Positions 32,540 to 41,531 of a DNA stretch of 64,000 bases are shown here, piece after piece (position 1 is the stretch's first letter; every line of letters begins with the position of its first letter). This DNA comes from Candidatus Eiseniibacteriota bacterium. Its GTDB lineage: Bacteria > Eisenbacteria > RBG-16-71-46. The notes beneath the pieces are model-generated. The model had not been told where the DNA came from and did no database searches. It saw nothing but the letters and a program-made list of their open reading frames with translations. Where the stretch lies: the NCBI GenBank assembly GCA_963707915.1, contig OY970178.1, positions 832,001-896,000 on the forward strand, written 5' to 3'. Both the position numbers and the translations under genes were made by a program.

Positions 32540-33481
32540 TCAGGCGTCCTCGTGCGCCCGTTCCGAGCGGGCCGGACGGCGGCCGCGCGATGTCCAGAGT
32601 TCGTGAAGCGCGAGCGCCTGGGGGTGGGCGGGTTCGCGACGCAGCACCGACGCCACCTGCTCGTCCGCCTGCGCCCACTCGCCGGCGCCGTCGAGCGCGC
32701 GGGCGAACTGCAGCCGCGCCGCGTGGAAGTCGGGATTCAGCTCGAGCGCGCGCGCCAGCGTACCGAGCGCGTCGTCGTAGTGCCCGCGCTGCAGTTCGGC
32801 CGAGCCCAGCAGGTAGTGCAGGTCGGGCCAGCCCTCCCGTCCCGGCAGGGCCGCCCTCAGCAGCCCGTCGGCCTGCACCGCGTCGCCCGCCTCGAGCAGC
32901 GCGCGGGCACGCTCCAGGACGCTCCCGTCCGCCGGCTCGTCCAGCGCCAGCGCGCCCGCGAAGAGCGCGCCCGCCTCCTCCCACTCGGCCCGCTCCAGGC
33001 TCTCCAGTCCCTGCTGGAACAGCAGCGGCCGCTCCACCCGCGTCTCGCGCGCCAGCCCGCGCAGGGAATCGAGCGCTTCGCCGATGTACCCTTCGGCGGC
33101 GTCGAGCAACGCGCGCTCCAGCCGTGCGGCGGTGTAGCGCGGGTTGAGGGCCAGCGCCCGCTCGAGCTCGCGGCGCGCCTCGGGTCGGCGGCGGAGCTGC
33201 AGCAACAGCCGTGCCCGCCGGTAGTGGAGGTCGGGGTACTCGTCGCGGAGCCGCAGCGCCGCCTCGAGCGCCGTCGACGCCTGTGCCGCGTCCCCCGCGG
33301 CCTCGGCCAGCCGGGCGACGTGGACCAGCGCGTCGGCCGCCGCGGACTGGCGCTGCGCCGCCGGCGTTCCCTCGAGCATCCGCCGCTCGACCTGCTCGAC
33401 GGCCTGCGCGTAGCGGCCCGCGCGCGCGGTGCGAACCGCGGCGGCGAACTCCGATTCCGGGACCGGGTTGGGGCGCGTCAC
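32540..33481 (-). CDS. Tetratricopeptide repeat protein
   Basis: Repeated YPDLHY / ALALNPRY / WPDLHY / ALELNPDF TPR units. Confidence 0.85.
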   Translation of the reverse strand: MTRPNPVPESEFAAAVRTARAGRYAQAVEQVERRMLEGTPAAQRQSAAADALVHVARLAEAAGDAAQASTALEAALRLRDEYPDLHYRRARLLLQLRRRPEARRELERALALNPRYTAARLERALLDAAEGYIGEALDSLRGLARETRVERPLLFQQGLESLERAEWEEAGALFAGALALDEPADGSVLERARALLEAGDAVQADGLLRAALPGREGWPDLHYLLGSAELQRGHYDDALGTLARALELNPDFHAARLQFARALDGAGEWAQADEQVASVLRREPAHPQALALHELWTSRGRRPARSERAHEDA

Positions 33482-34134
33482 AGCGGACTCCACAGGAGGC
33501 GCATCGCGTAGCCCGCCATGAGGGTCATGGCGAGGTTGTCGTCGAGGGGTATCGGCAGGAGCTCGGCCAGACTTGCGACCGCCGCGCCGGCCACCACGAC
33601 CCCCCAGGGCAGGAACCCGGTGGCCGCCAGGAAGGCCGCCCACAGCAGGCAGGCCCCGAACCCGCCCAGGGCGCCCTCGAGCGTCTTGCGAAAGACGCGC
33701 CGGCGGCCCCAGGCCTTCCCCACGATGGCCGCGAAGCCGTCCCCCAGGACCGTGAAGCCCAGCGCCGCCGCCGCGATCGGCCGCGGGAACAGGTCCACGG
33801 CGAGCAGCGCCGCCATCAACAAGTAGGTCGAGCCCAGCAGCCCCATGTCCTCGTGCTCGCGCAGCATGCCGCCGAGGAAGTCGCGGAACAGCCGCTTCAC
33901 GCGCTGCTCCTGCAGCCGGAGCACGTCGATCGCCAGCGCGCCGCAGGACAGCGCCAGCAGCAGCACCGTCCACTGCGCGCGGCCGCGGGGCCAGGGCAGG
34001 ACCTCGAAGAGCAGGTCGAGCGGCAGCACCAGCAGCGAGAGATGGATGGCCTTGCGCCGCAACTCGGAGAGGAACGACGGCGAGCGCAGCGCGGCCAGCG
34101 GATCGGGCGAGGGAGCGTGGTCCGGCGGCATCAC
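33478..34134 (-). CDS. CTP-dependent polyprenol/diacylglycerol kinase family membrane protein (phytol/dolichol kinase-like)
   Basis: ELRRKAIH, LREHE, GDGFAAIVG, KTLEG, LDDNL. Confidence 0.88.
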   Translation of the reverse strand: MMPPDHAPSPDPLAALRSPSFLSELRRKAIHLSLLVLPLDLLFEVLPWPRGRAQWTVLLLALSCGALAIDVLRLQEQRVKRLFRDFLGGMLREHEDMGLLGSTYLLMAALLAVDLFPRPIAAAALGFTVLGDGFAAIVGKAWGRRRVFRKTLEGALGGFGACLLWAAFLAATGFLPWGVVVAGAAVASLAELLPIPLDDNLAMTLMAGYAMRLLWSPL

Positions 34135-34221
34135 GCGACCGAGGCTAGCAGAAGCGCGGGCCGCCGTGTCGCACGAAACGCGGCCGCGGGGCGGGGCGGA
34201 TGGGGGCGGCTCCACCCCGGC

Positions 34222-36540
34222 TCACGGCGCCTCGGCGGTGGGCCGCAGCTCGCGGTAGGCCTGGCGGTAGCCGAGGATCCGCCGGGCGTAGTCCTGCGCC
34301 AGCGGGTTCGAGACCAGCTCGCACAGCAGCGCTTCTCCCCCGCGCCCCCGCAGCTCGCGCCAGCGCGGCGAGAGGCTCCCCGGCCCGGCGTTGTAAGCCG
34401 CGAGCGCCGCGGCCACGCTGCCGTCGAAGCGGCGCGCCAGCCGCGCGAGGTAGCGCGCGCCGTAGCGCACGTTGGTCTCCGGGTCGAACAGCGTGGCTTC
34501 GGTGGGCTCCGGCTCGCGGGCCCAGCGCGCCACGTCCCGCGCCGTGGCGAGCTTGAGCTGCATCAGGCCGAGCGCGTCGCTGAGCGAGCGGGCGCGCGCA
34601 TCGAAGCGGCTCTCCTGGTAGGCGACGGCGAAGAGCAGCGCGGGCTCGACGTCCGCGACGGCGCTGTCGCGCGGCGCGACGAAGAGCGACTCGAAGGCGG
34701 GCGGGAACTCCCAGGGGACGGCGTCCCACGGCTGCCCCGCGGCGCGGCCCGACTGCGACTCGCGGGCCATCCCGGCCAGCGAGCTGGCCATGCCCAGGCG
34801 TCCGATCGAGTACGCCTGACGGGCCGCGTAGAGCCACTCGGCGGCCCGCGGCTCCCACGAGCGGGGCCGCACCCGCACATCGCCCGCGACCCAGCGGGCG
34901 AGCAGCAGCGCGGCCTCGTCGACCAGGCCGAGACCGGCCAGGTCCCTCACCTCGCGCAGCGGTTCGCACAGCGAGTCCTCGCCGCACCGGTCGGCGGCGA
35001 TCCCGCCCGTCCAGCCGCGCACCCCCAGCGAGTCGCGGGCGGCGGCGCGGTAGAACGAGTAGCCGGGCCGCGCGGCCACCGCGCGCAGCAACGAGTCCCC
35101 GCCGGCCGTGTCGCCCAGCGCGCGCCGCGCCACGCCGACCCAGAAGCGGGCGTCGTCCGACGAGTCCGGCGCCCAGCAGGCGAGCGCCGAGTCCGTCCGC
35201 CCCAGCGCGAAGTGCAGGAGCCCGGACCGGAAGCGCGCCTCGCGGCCGCGCGCGGCCGCGCGCGGCACCCGGCCGTACCAGCGCAGGGACTCCTCCCATC
35301 GCCCCGCGTCCTCCGCCGTCCGGCCGGCCTCCCAGCCCAACCTCGGCCGCAGCGAATCCTCGCCCGCGAGGCGGGCGTAGATCGCCAGCGCCGAGTCGGG
35401 GCGCCCGGCGCCCAGCTCGGCGCGCGCCTTCTCCATCCACAGCCGCGCGCGCGGCGCCGCCCGCTCCGGCGCGCGCAGCAGGGCGTCGATCGTGGCACCC
35501 GCTTCGGAGAACCGCCGCGTCGCCCGCAGCAGTTCGCACAGGCGGAGCGCCGCGGCACCTCCCGCGCCGCCCGAAGCCGGGCCTGCCACCACCGCGCGCA
35601 GCCTGCGGATCGCTGCCGCGCGCCGGCCGGCGAACGCGTCGACCTCCGCCGCCGCCCGTTGTTCCTCCGCGGTGAGCGAGTCCCCGCGCGCCCCCAGCAG
35701 GGTCTCGAGCAGGGCGAGCGACCGCCCCGTGGCGGGCAGCGACGGGTAGACGCGCAGCGCCTGGCGCGCGAAGCCGACCGCGCGCGCCGTGTCCCCCAGG
35801 TCCGTCCTCAGGCGGACCCGCAGCGCCAGCCAGGCGGCGCGCTCCGCGTCCGGCCAGCCCTCGCGGTCCGCGGACTCGAGCAGCGAATCGGCGCGCGCGG
35901 TCGCACCACGGGCCAGCGCCAGCTCGGCGCGCTGGCGCACCACGGGCCAGGCCCACACCGAGCGGGCCAGCGGCGGGCTCGCCAGGAACGAGTCCGCCGC
36001 CAGCGTGTCGCCGTCGGCCAGCGCCAGCCGGGCGACCTGCCGCCACGCCGCGACCATCGGCTGCACGCCCTCCGCCATGTGCCGCCAGAAGACCACGCTG
36101 TCGAAGACGGCGCTGTCCCCGCGCACCTCCTCCCACTCGGGAAGACCGCAGGCGCGCACGGCCGGGCCGGGGGCGGGCCCCCGGGTCCAGACCACGCGGC
36201 CCGCGGCCACCCGCCGCGGCGCCAGCGTGACCGGCCCCGGCGCGCGCGGGTCGGCCGCCACGCCCCGCCACGCCACGTGCGCGCCGAGCCTCAGCGGCGC
36301 GAGCGGCTGGGGGCCGACCGGCAGCACGTGGACCGTCACCGCCCCCGGGAGCGTGTCGCGCCCGTCCTCCCGCGGCGCGGCCCCGGTCGCCACCGGCGGC
36401 AGCGGCGGGCGCAGCGAATCGAGCGGCACGTGCGCCCACCAGGCCCGCGTGCCGCTCCACGCCGGCGCGACGCCGGTCGCCGCGCACCCCAGGGCCGCGC
36501 ACAGCGCCATCCACGCCGCGCCCCGCATCGCCCGGCTCAC
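34222..36540 (-). CDS. Soluble lytic transglycosylase (Slt70-like; TPR plus SLT domain)
   Basis: Signal peptide; helical repeats; QESRF, ALGLMQL, YGARYL, AAYNAG. Confidence 0.88.
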   Translation of the reverse strand: MSRAMRGAAWMALCAALGCAATGVAPAWSGTRAWWAHVPLDSLRPPLPPVATGAAPREDGRDTLPGAVTVHVLPVGPQPLAPLRLGAHVAWRGVAADPRAPGPVTLAPRRVAAGRVVWTRGPAPGPAVRACGLPEWEEVRGDSAVFDSVVFWRHMAEGVQPMVAAWRQVARLALADGDTLAADSFLASPPLARSVWAWPVVRQRAELALARGATARADSLLESADREGWPDAERAAWLALRVRLRTDLGDTARAVGFARQALRVYPSLPATGRSLALLETLLGARGDSLTAEEQRAAAEVDAFAGRRAAAIRRLRAVVAGPASGGAGGAAALRLCELLRATRRFSEAGATIDALLRAPERAAPRARLWMEKARAELGAGRPDSALAIYARLAGEDSLRPRLGWEAGRTAEDAGRWEESLRWYGRVPRAAARGREARFRSGLLHFALGRTDSALACWAPDSSDDARFWVGVARRALGDTAGGDSLLRAVAARPGYSFYRAAARDSLGVRGWTGGIAADRCGEDSLCEPLREVRDLAGLGLVDEAALLLARWVAGDVRVRPRSWEPRAAEWLYAARQAYSIGRLGMASSLAGMARESQSGRAAGQPWDAVPWEFPPAFESLFVAPRDSAVADVEPALLFAVAYQESRFDARARSLSDALGLMQLKLATARDVARWAREPEPTEATLFDPETNVRYGARYLARLARRFDGSVAAALAAYNAGPGSLSPRWRELRGRGGEALLCELVSNPLAQDYARRILGYRQAYRELRPTAEAP

Positions 36541-38078
36541 TCCCACTCGATCGTCGCCGGGGGCTTCGACGTGCAGTCGTAGACCACGCGGTTGATGCCG
36601 CGCACCTCGTTGACGATGCGCGAAGAGACCCGCGCCAGCAGGCTTGCCGGCAGGCGCGTCCAGTCGGCGGTCATGCCGTCCTGGCTGTTCACCGCGCGCA
36701 ACGCGATGACCCGCTCGTAGGAGCGCTCGTCACCCTTCACCCCCACGGTCGAGACCGGCAGCAGCACCGCCATCGCCTGCCAGGTCCGTCCGTACCACTT
36801 CGCGCGGCGCAGCTCCTCAATGAAGATCGCGTCGGCGCGGCGCAGCAGGTCGAGGTCGTGCTCGGTGACCGCGCCGAGGATGCGCACGGCGAGCCCCGGC
36901 CCCGGGAACGGGTGGCGGTCCACCAGGTGGTCCGGCAGCCCGAGCGCGCGGCCCAGCTCGCGCACCTCGTCCTTGAACAGCAGGCGCAGCGGCTCGATGA
37001 GCTTGAGGTTCATCCGGTCCGGCAGGCCGCCGACGTTGTGATGGCTCTTGATGACCCGCGAGCCGAACCCCGCCGAGGCGCTCTCGATCACGTCCGGGTA
37101 GAGCGTGCCCTGGGCGAGCCACTCGATCGGGCCGATCCGCTTCGCCTCGGCCTCGAACACGCCGATGAACTCCTCGCCGATGATCTTGCGCTTGCGCTCC
37201 GGGTCGCTCACCCCGTCGAGCCGGTCGAGGAAGCGCCGGCGGGCGTCCACGATCTCGAGTCTCAGACCGCGCGCCACCCCCAGCTCGCGGGCGACCTCCT
37301 CGGCTTCCCCTTCGCGCAGCAGGCCGTGGTTCACCATCACGCAGGTGAGCCGCTTCCCGACCGCGCGGTGGCAGAGGGTCGCGACCACGCTCGAATCCAC
37401 GCCGCCCGAGAGCCCGCAGAGGACGTGGCCCTGCGGCCCCACCTGCGCGCGGATCGAGGCGACCGCGCTCTTCAGGAACGACCGCACGCTCCAGCCGCCC
37501 TTCAACCGCGCCACCCCGAAGAGGAAGTTCGCCAGCACCTGCTTCCCGTGGGGCGAGTGCACCACCTCGGGGTGGAACTGGATCAGGTGGAAGGGCCGCC
37601 GCTCGTGCTGCACCGCCGCGAAGGCGCAGTTCGCGGTGTGCGCCACCCGGCGCCAGCCCGCGGGGAGCACCGCCACCTCGTCCGCGTGGCTCATCCACGC
37701 GCGGAAGCGCATGGGCACCTTCGCGAACAGCGGCGAGCGGCCGTCCTGGACGAAGGTCGCCGTACCGTACTCGGCGCGCGCCGCCCGCTGGAGCTCCCCG
37801 CCCATCCGCTGCATCGTGGCCTGGAACCCGTAGCAGATGCCGAGCAGCGGCTTTCCCAGCTCGTAGATGCCGGGGTCGGGCAGCGGGGCGGCGACCTGGT
37901 AGCCGCTCGCCGGCGAGCCCGAGAGGATCAGCGCGCTCGGCCGACGCGCGGCGATCGCCGCCGCGGGCGTGGTGCCCGGCACGACCTCCGAGAACACCCC
38001 GAGCTCGCGCACCCGGCGCGCGATCAGCTGCGTGGTCTGGGAGCCGAAGTCGAGGATGACGACGAGTTCGCGGGGCAT
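36537..38078 (-). CDS. guaA: GMP synthase (glutamine-hydrolysing)
   Basis: LDFGSQ, GICYG, QFHPEV, LSGGVDS, KSHHNVGGLP, KPPATIEWE. Confidence 0.98.
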   Translation of the reverse strand: MPRELVVILDFGSQTTQLIARRVRELGVFSEVVPGTTPAAAIAARRPSALILSGSPASGYQVAAPLPDPGIYELGKPLLGICYGFQATMQRMGGELQRAARAEYGTATFVQDGRSPLFAKVPMRFRAWMSHADEVAVLPAGWRRVAHTANCAFAAVQHERRPFHLIQFHPEVVHSPHGKQVLANFLFGVARLKGGWSVRSFLKSAVASIRAQVGPQGHVLCGLSGGVDSSVVATLCHRAVGKRLTCVMVNHGLLREGEAEEVARELGVARGLRLEIVDARRRFLDRLDGVSDPERKRKIIGEEFIGVFEAEAKRIGPIEWLAQGTLYPDVIESASAGFGSRVIKSHHNVGGLPDRMNLKLIEPLRLLFKDEVRELGRALGLPDHLVDRHPFPGPGLAVRILGAVTEHDLDLLRRADAIFIEELRRAKWYGRTWQAMAVLLPVSTVGVKGDERSYERVIALRAVNSQDGMTADWTRLPASLLARVSSRIVNEVRGINRVVYDCTSKPPATIEWE

Positions 38079-38107
38079 GGTCCGTCTCCCGGCGCCTGCG
38101 GCAGGCC

Positions 38108-38866
38108 TCAGCGCGGGCCGCGCGACGCGGCGGCTCCGAGCACGAAGTTCGCGGCGACCCAGGCGGGCAGCCGCGCGATGGTGTCGATGGCGGGCTCGCC
38201 GTCGACGGCGTAGTCGCCGAACGGGTCGAGCAGGACGAAGCGGAGTCCCGCGGCCCGCGCGCCCACGCCGTCCACGCGGCGCAGGTCCCCGACGTAGAGC
38301 ACGCGCGCGGCGGGCAGCTGCAGCCGCTCGAGCGCCCCCCGGAAGATGCCGGGCTCCGGCTTGGCGACGCCCACGTGGTGCGAATCCACCACGAACTCGA
38401 GCCCGTGGAGCACGCCGCACGCGGCGAGGTGCTCCGCCGCACGCCCGTCCGAGTTGGAGATGCAGGCCAGCCGCAGGCCCAGCCGGGCCAGCGCGTCCAG
38501 ACAGCCGCGCGCGCCCTCGACCGGGCGGGTCCACAGCCCGGGCCCGGCCTGGCGCGCGAAGAAGCGCTGCAGGGCGGGGTCGAGCAGGGCCTGCGGCACC
38601 CCGGCAGCCTCGAGGATGACGCGGAAGTACAGTCGCGTGTCGCCGCGCTCGCCCAGGCGGGGCTCACCCGCGACGATCACGGGCGGCGGCTCGTCGAAGG
38701 CCAGGTCGAAAGCCTTGCGGGCCGCGACCTCCGAACGGCGCAGCGCCGCAGCGTCCACCTCGTGGCCCAGGGAGCCCACCGTCTCGCTCATCCACTCGAA
38801 GTCGAGACGCACCAGCGTGCCGCCGGCGTCGAAGACGACGGCCTCCAGCACCGGGCGCTCAGCCAC
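38108..38866 (-). CDS. HAD-superfamily hydrolase
   Basis: FDAGGTL, ISNSDG, KPEPGIF, YVGD...DGVGA. Confidence 0.9.
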   Translation of the reverse strand: MAERPVLEAVVFDAGGTLVRLDFEWMSETVGSLGHEVDAAALRRSEVAARKAFDLAFDEPPPVIVAGEPRLGERGDTRLYFRVILEAAGVPQALLDPALQRFFARQAGPGLWTRPVEGARGCLDALARLGLRLACISNSDGRAAEHLAACGVLHGLEFVVDSHHVGVAKPEPGIFRGALERLQLPAARVLYVGDLRRVDGVGARAAGLRFVLLDPFGDYAVDGEPAIDTIARLPAWVAANFVLGAAASRGPR

Positions 38867-38929
38867 GGGCGACCTCCGCGCGAGCGCGCGGGACGGCGGG
38901 CCGGGGCGGGCGGGACGTGGGCACGCCGC

Positions 38930-38959
38930 AATCTACCAACCGCGCCGGCGGCCCGGCAA
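38930..38959 (-). promoter_or_regulatory. Putative sigma-70 promoter of HAD-guaA-slt
   Basis: TTGCCG-N18-TAGATT. Confidence 0.45.
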
Positions 38960-38966
38960 ACGCCGG

Positions 38967-41342
38967 TCAGCGCCGCCGCGGCAGTCCCGCGGTCGCGCCG
39001 GGCCCGCATCGCGCGGGGTTCGCGCCCGGCCGCGCGCGACGCCAATCCAGCTCCTCCACGCCGTCCGGCGACCACTCGAGCCACACCGCCCCCGCGGCGT
39101 CGGTGCGCAGCACGCGGGTGCCGGCCGCCCGCAGCCGCTCGAGCAGGGCCGGCGCCGGGTGACCGAAGCGGTTCCTCGCCCCCACCGAGAGCAACACGCG
39201 ACGCGGGCGCATCCGCCCGAGCAGGCGTGCCCCGGTCGAGGAGGCCGCGCCGTGGTGCGCGACCTTCAGCAACCCCAGGCCCGGCGCTCCGCCCACCGAG
39301 TCGTCGACCGTGCTGTCCACGTCCGCCATGAAGAGCAGGCGCCCGTTTCCGCTCCCGGCCTCGATCACCAGGCCGGCGCCGTTGTCGGAGCCGGCCGACG
39401 GGCGCCGCGGCGGCCAGGCCACTCGCACCGGCGGCTCGGCGCTCAGCACGGCGCCGCGGGCGAGGCGCTCGACGGCGTGCCCGGCCGGGAGTCTCCGTTC
39501 GTCGTGGCGCGGGGACGCGCCGACGCGCTCGACCCCCATCCCGCGCAGCACCGCCGCCGCCCCGCCCGCGTGGTCGGCGTCATCGTGCGTGAGCAGCAAC
39601 CGCTCCAGCCGCCGGACCCCCGCCCAGCGGTAGAAGGGCAGCACGACGCCCTCCCCCGCGTCGTAGCCGGGCGTGCGCGGACCGGCGTCCAGCAGCCACC
39701 ACCCGCGGCCGAAGGCGAGCGCGAACGCATCGCCCTGGCCGACGTCGAGCGCCACGACCCAGGCGCGGCCCGCCGGCGGCGAGAGCGGCCGCACCGTGAC
39801 GACACAGAGCAGCGCGACCCCCAGCAGGATGACGCCGACGATCCCGGCCGCCTGGCGTGCCGGCGGGTCGGGCCGCAGCCGCCCCTCGAGCGTGCGCGGC
39901 CGCGGCAGGGCCAGGGCGAGCAGCGCGACCCCGAGCGCCGCGCACCACGGGATCCCGCCCTCCGCCCCCGCCGCGCTGAGCGACGCGGGCGCCCGCGCCG
40001 CCGTGACCGTGGTCCCCCGGAACACCGCGGCGAGCACCTCGCCGGCGGAGAACCACGGGTGCCCCATCCCCGGCACGGCCGCCTCCGCCAGCGCCCCCAG
40101 CCAGGCCGCGACCAGCAGCAACCCCGAGACCGGCACCGCGACCAGGTTCGAGAACGTGCCCACCCAGGAGACCGCGTGGAAGCGCGCGAGCAGCAGCGGC
40201 AGCGCGGTGGCCTGGGCGCCGAGCGTCGGGATGAACGGGGCGCACCACGCGCGCCAGCGCCCCGCGCGCTCGGTGAGCCACGGGCCAAAGGTCACCAGCC
40301 CGAGCGTCGCCGCGAACGAGAGCTGGAAGCCCAGGTCGGCGGCCCAGCCCGGCGCGCAGGCCAGCAGCCCGAGCGCGCTCAGCGCCAGCGACTGCAGCGG
40401 GTCGAGGGCGCGCCCGCGCAGCGTCGCGACCGCCATCAGGCACTCGTGGGCCGCCGCGCGCATCAGCGAAGGGAGCGGCCCCGCGATGCCGGCGTAGAAC
40501 AGCGCGCAGAGTCCCGCCGCCACCGCGCGCGCCCTCACCCCGCCTCCGGCCGACGCCACCGCCGCGCGCGCGATCGAGGCAAGCCAGGCGACGTGCAGCC
40601 CGGAGAGCGCCAGCAGGTGGATGAGCCCCGAAGCGCGCAGGTCGGCGTAGAGCCCGGTCGAGAGCGCGGAACGATCGCCGGTGACCAGCGGAACCACCAG
40701 CTCGCGCGCCTCCGCCGAGAGCCCGGCGTCGAGCCGGCGCTCGATCCCGCGCCGCCAGCGCGCCACCGTCGCGCGCGGCCACGCCCCCGGCAGCGACGCG
40801 GGCGCGACCCGCGCGATGAATGCCCGGCCCGACGCGGTGAGCGCGGCGGCATTCGCGACGGCCAGCCCGTCGAAGCCGCCCGGGTTGCGCGCCGGGCGGG
40901 GCGGATCGACCCGCACCACGGCGTCGAGGACGTCGCCCCACTCCGCCGCCGACGCCGCCGGCAGCCGCACGCGCAGCCGGGTGCCCGCCACCAGCGCGGG
41001 ATGCGCGCGGTGCACCGCGACGATGGCGACCGGCTCGCCGGCCTCGCGTGGCGGAGGCTCCGCGACCCGCGCCGTGACGCGGTAGAACGCGCCGCCCCGC
41101 GACACCGCTGCCCGCTCGCCGTCCAGCACCGCGCGATGCCCCGCGCCGCGCGCGCAGGCCGCGCACGCCAACGCCACCAGCGCCGCGGCGGTGCCCACCC
41201 GCGGCGGCGCGCCCCACGCCAGCCACGCGAGCAGGATGCCGACGACGAGCACCGCGTGCGCGAGCGGCGGACCGCACTGCATCCCCAGCAGCACGCCGCC
41301 CCAGACCACGATGCCGGCCGCCACCGCCCCCCGACCACCCAT
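38967..41342 (-). CDS. comEC: ComEC/Rec2 DNA uptake channel
   Basis: RNPGGFD, HLLALSGLHV, GFQLSF, LDVGQGDA, THDDADHAGG, HHGA, NRFGHP. Confidence 0.93.
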   Translation of the reverse strand: MGGRGAVAAGIVVWGGVLLGMQCGPPLAHAVLVVGILLAWLAWGAPPRVGTAAALVALACAACARGAGHRAVLDGERAAVSRGGAFYRVTARVAEPPPREAGEPVAIVAVHRAHPALVAGTRLRVRLPAASAAEWGDVLDAVVRVDPPRPARNPGGFDGLAVANAAALTASGRAFIARVAPASLPGAWPRATVARWRRGIERRLDAGLSAEARELVVPLVTGDRSALSTGLYADLRASGLIHLLALSGLHVAWLASIARAAVASAGGGVRARAVAAGLCALFYAGIAGPLPSLMRAAAHECLMAVATLRGRALDPLQSLALSALGLLACAPGWAADLGFQLSFAATLGLVTFGPWLTERAGRWRAWCAPFIPTLGAQATALPLLLARFHAVSWVGTFSNLVAVPVSGLLLVAAWLGALAEAAVPGMGHPWFSAGEVLAAVFRGTTVTAARAPASLSAAGAEGGIPWCAALGVALLALALPRPRTLEGRLRPDPPARQAAGIVGVILLGVALLCVVTVRPLSPPAGRAWVVALDVGQGDAFALAFGRGWWLLDAGPRTPGYDAGEGVVLPFYRWAGVRRLERLLLTHDDADHAGGAAAVLRGMGVERVGASPRHDERRLPAGHAVERLARGAVLSAEPPVRVAWPPRRPSAGSDNGAGLVIEAGSGNGRLLFMADVDSTVDDSVGGAPGLGLLKVAHHGAASSTGARLLGRMRPRRVLLSVGARNRFGHPAPALLERLRAAGTRVLRTDAAGAVWLEWSPDGVEELDWRRARPGANPARCGPGATAGLPRRR

Positions 41343-41531
41343 GCCTGCGCATCCACCGGAAGAGGCGTGCCATGCCCGGGCATCACTCCGGCGCGGCGAT
41401 CGCGCGCCCTCGGCACGGGTTGCGGGCGGGCGGCCGCGCTCCGCCCGCAGGCGAAGCGCGGGGGCCCGTCCACGCCGTGGACGGGCCCCGTTCGTCGTTG
41501 TCGCCGGCTCGCCCGCCGCGCGGGCCGTGGG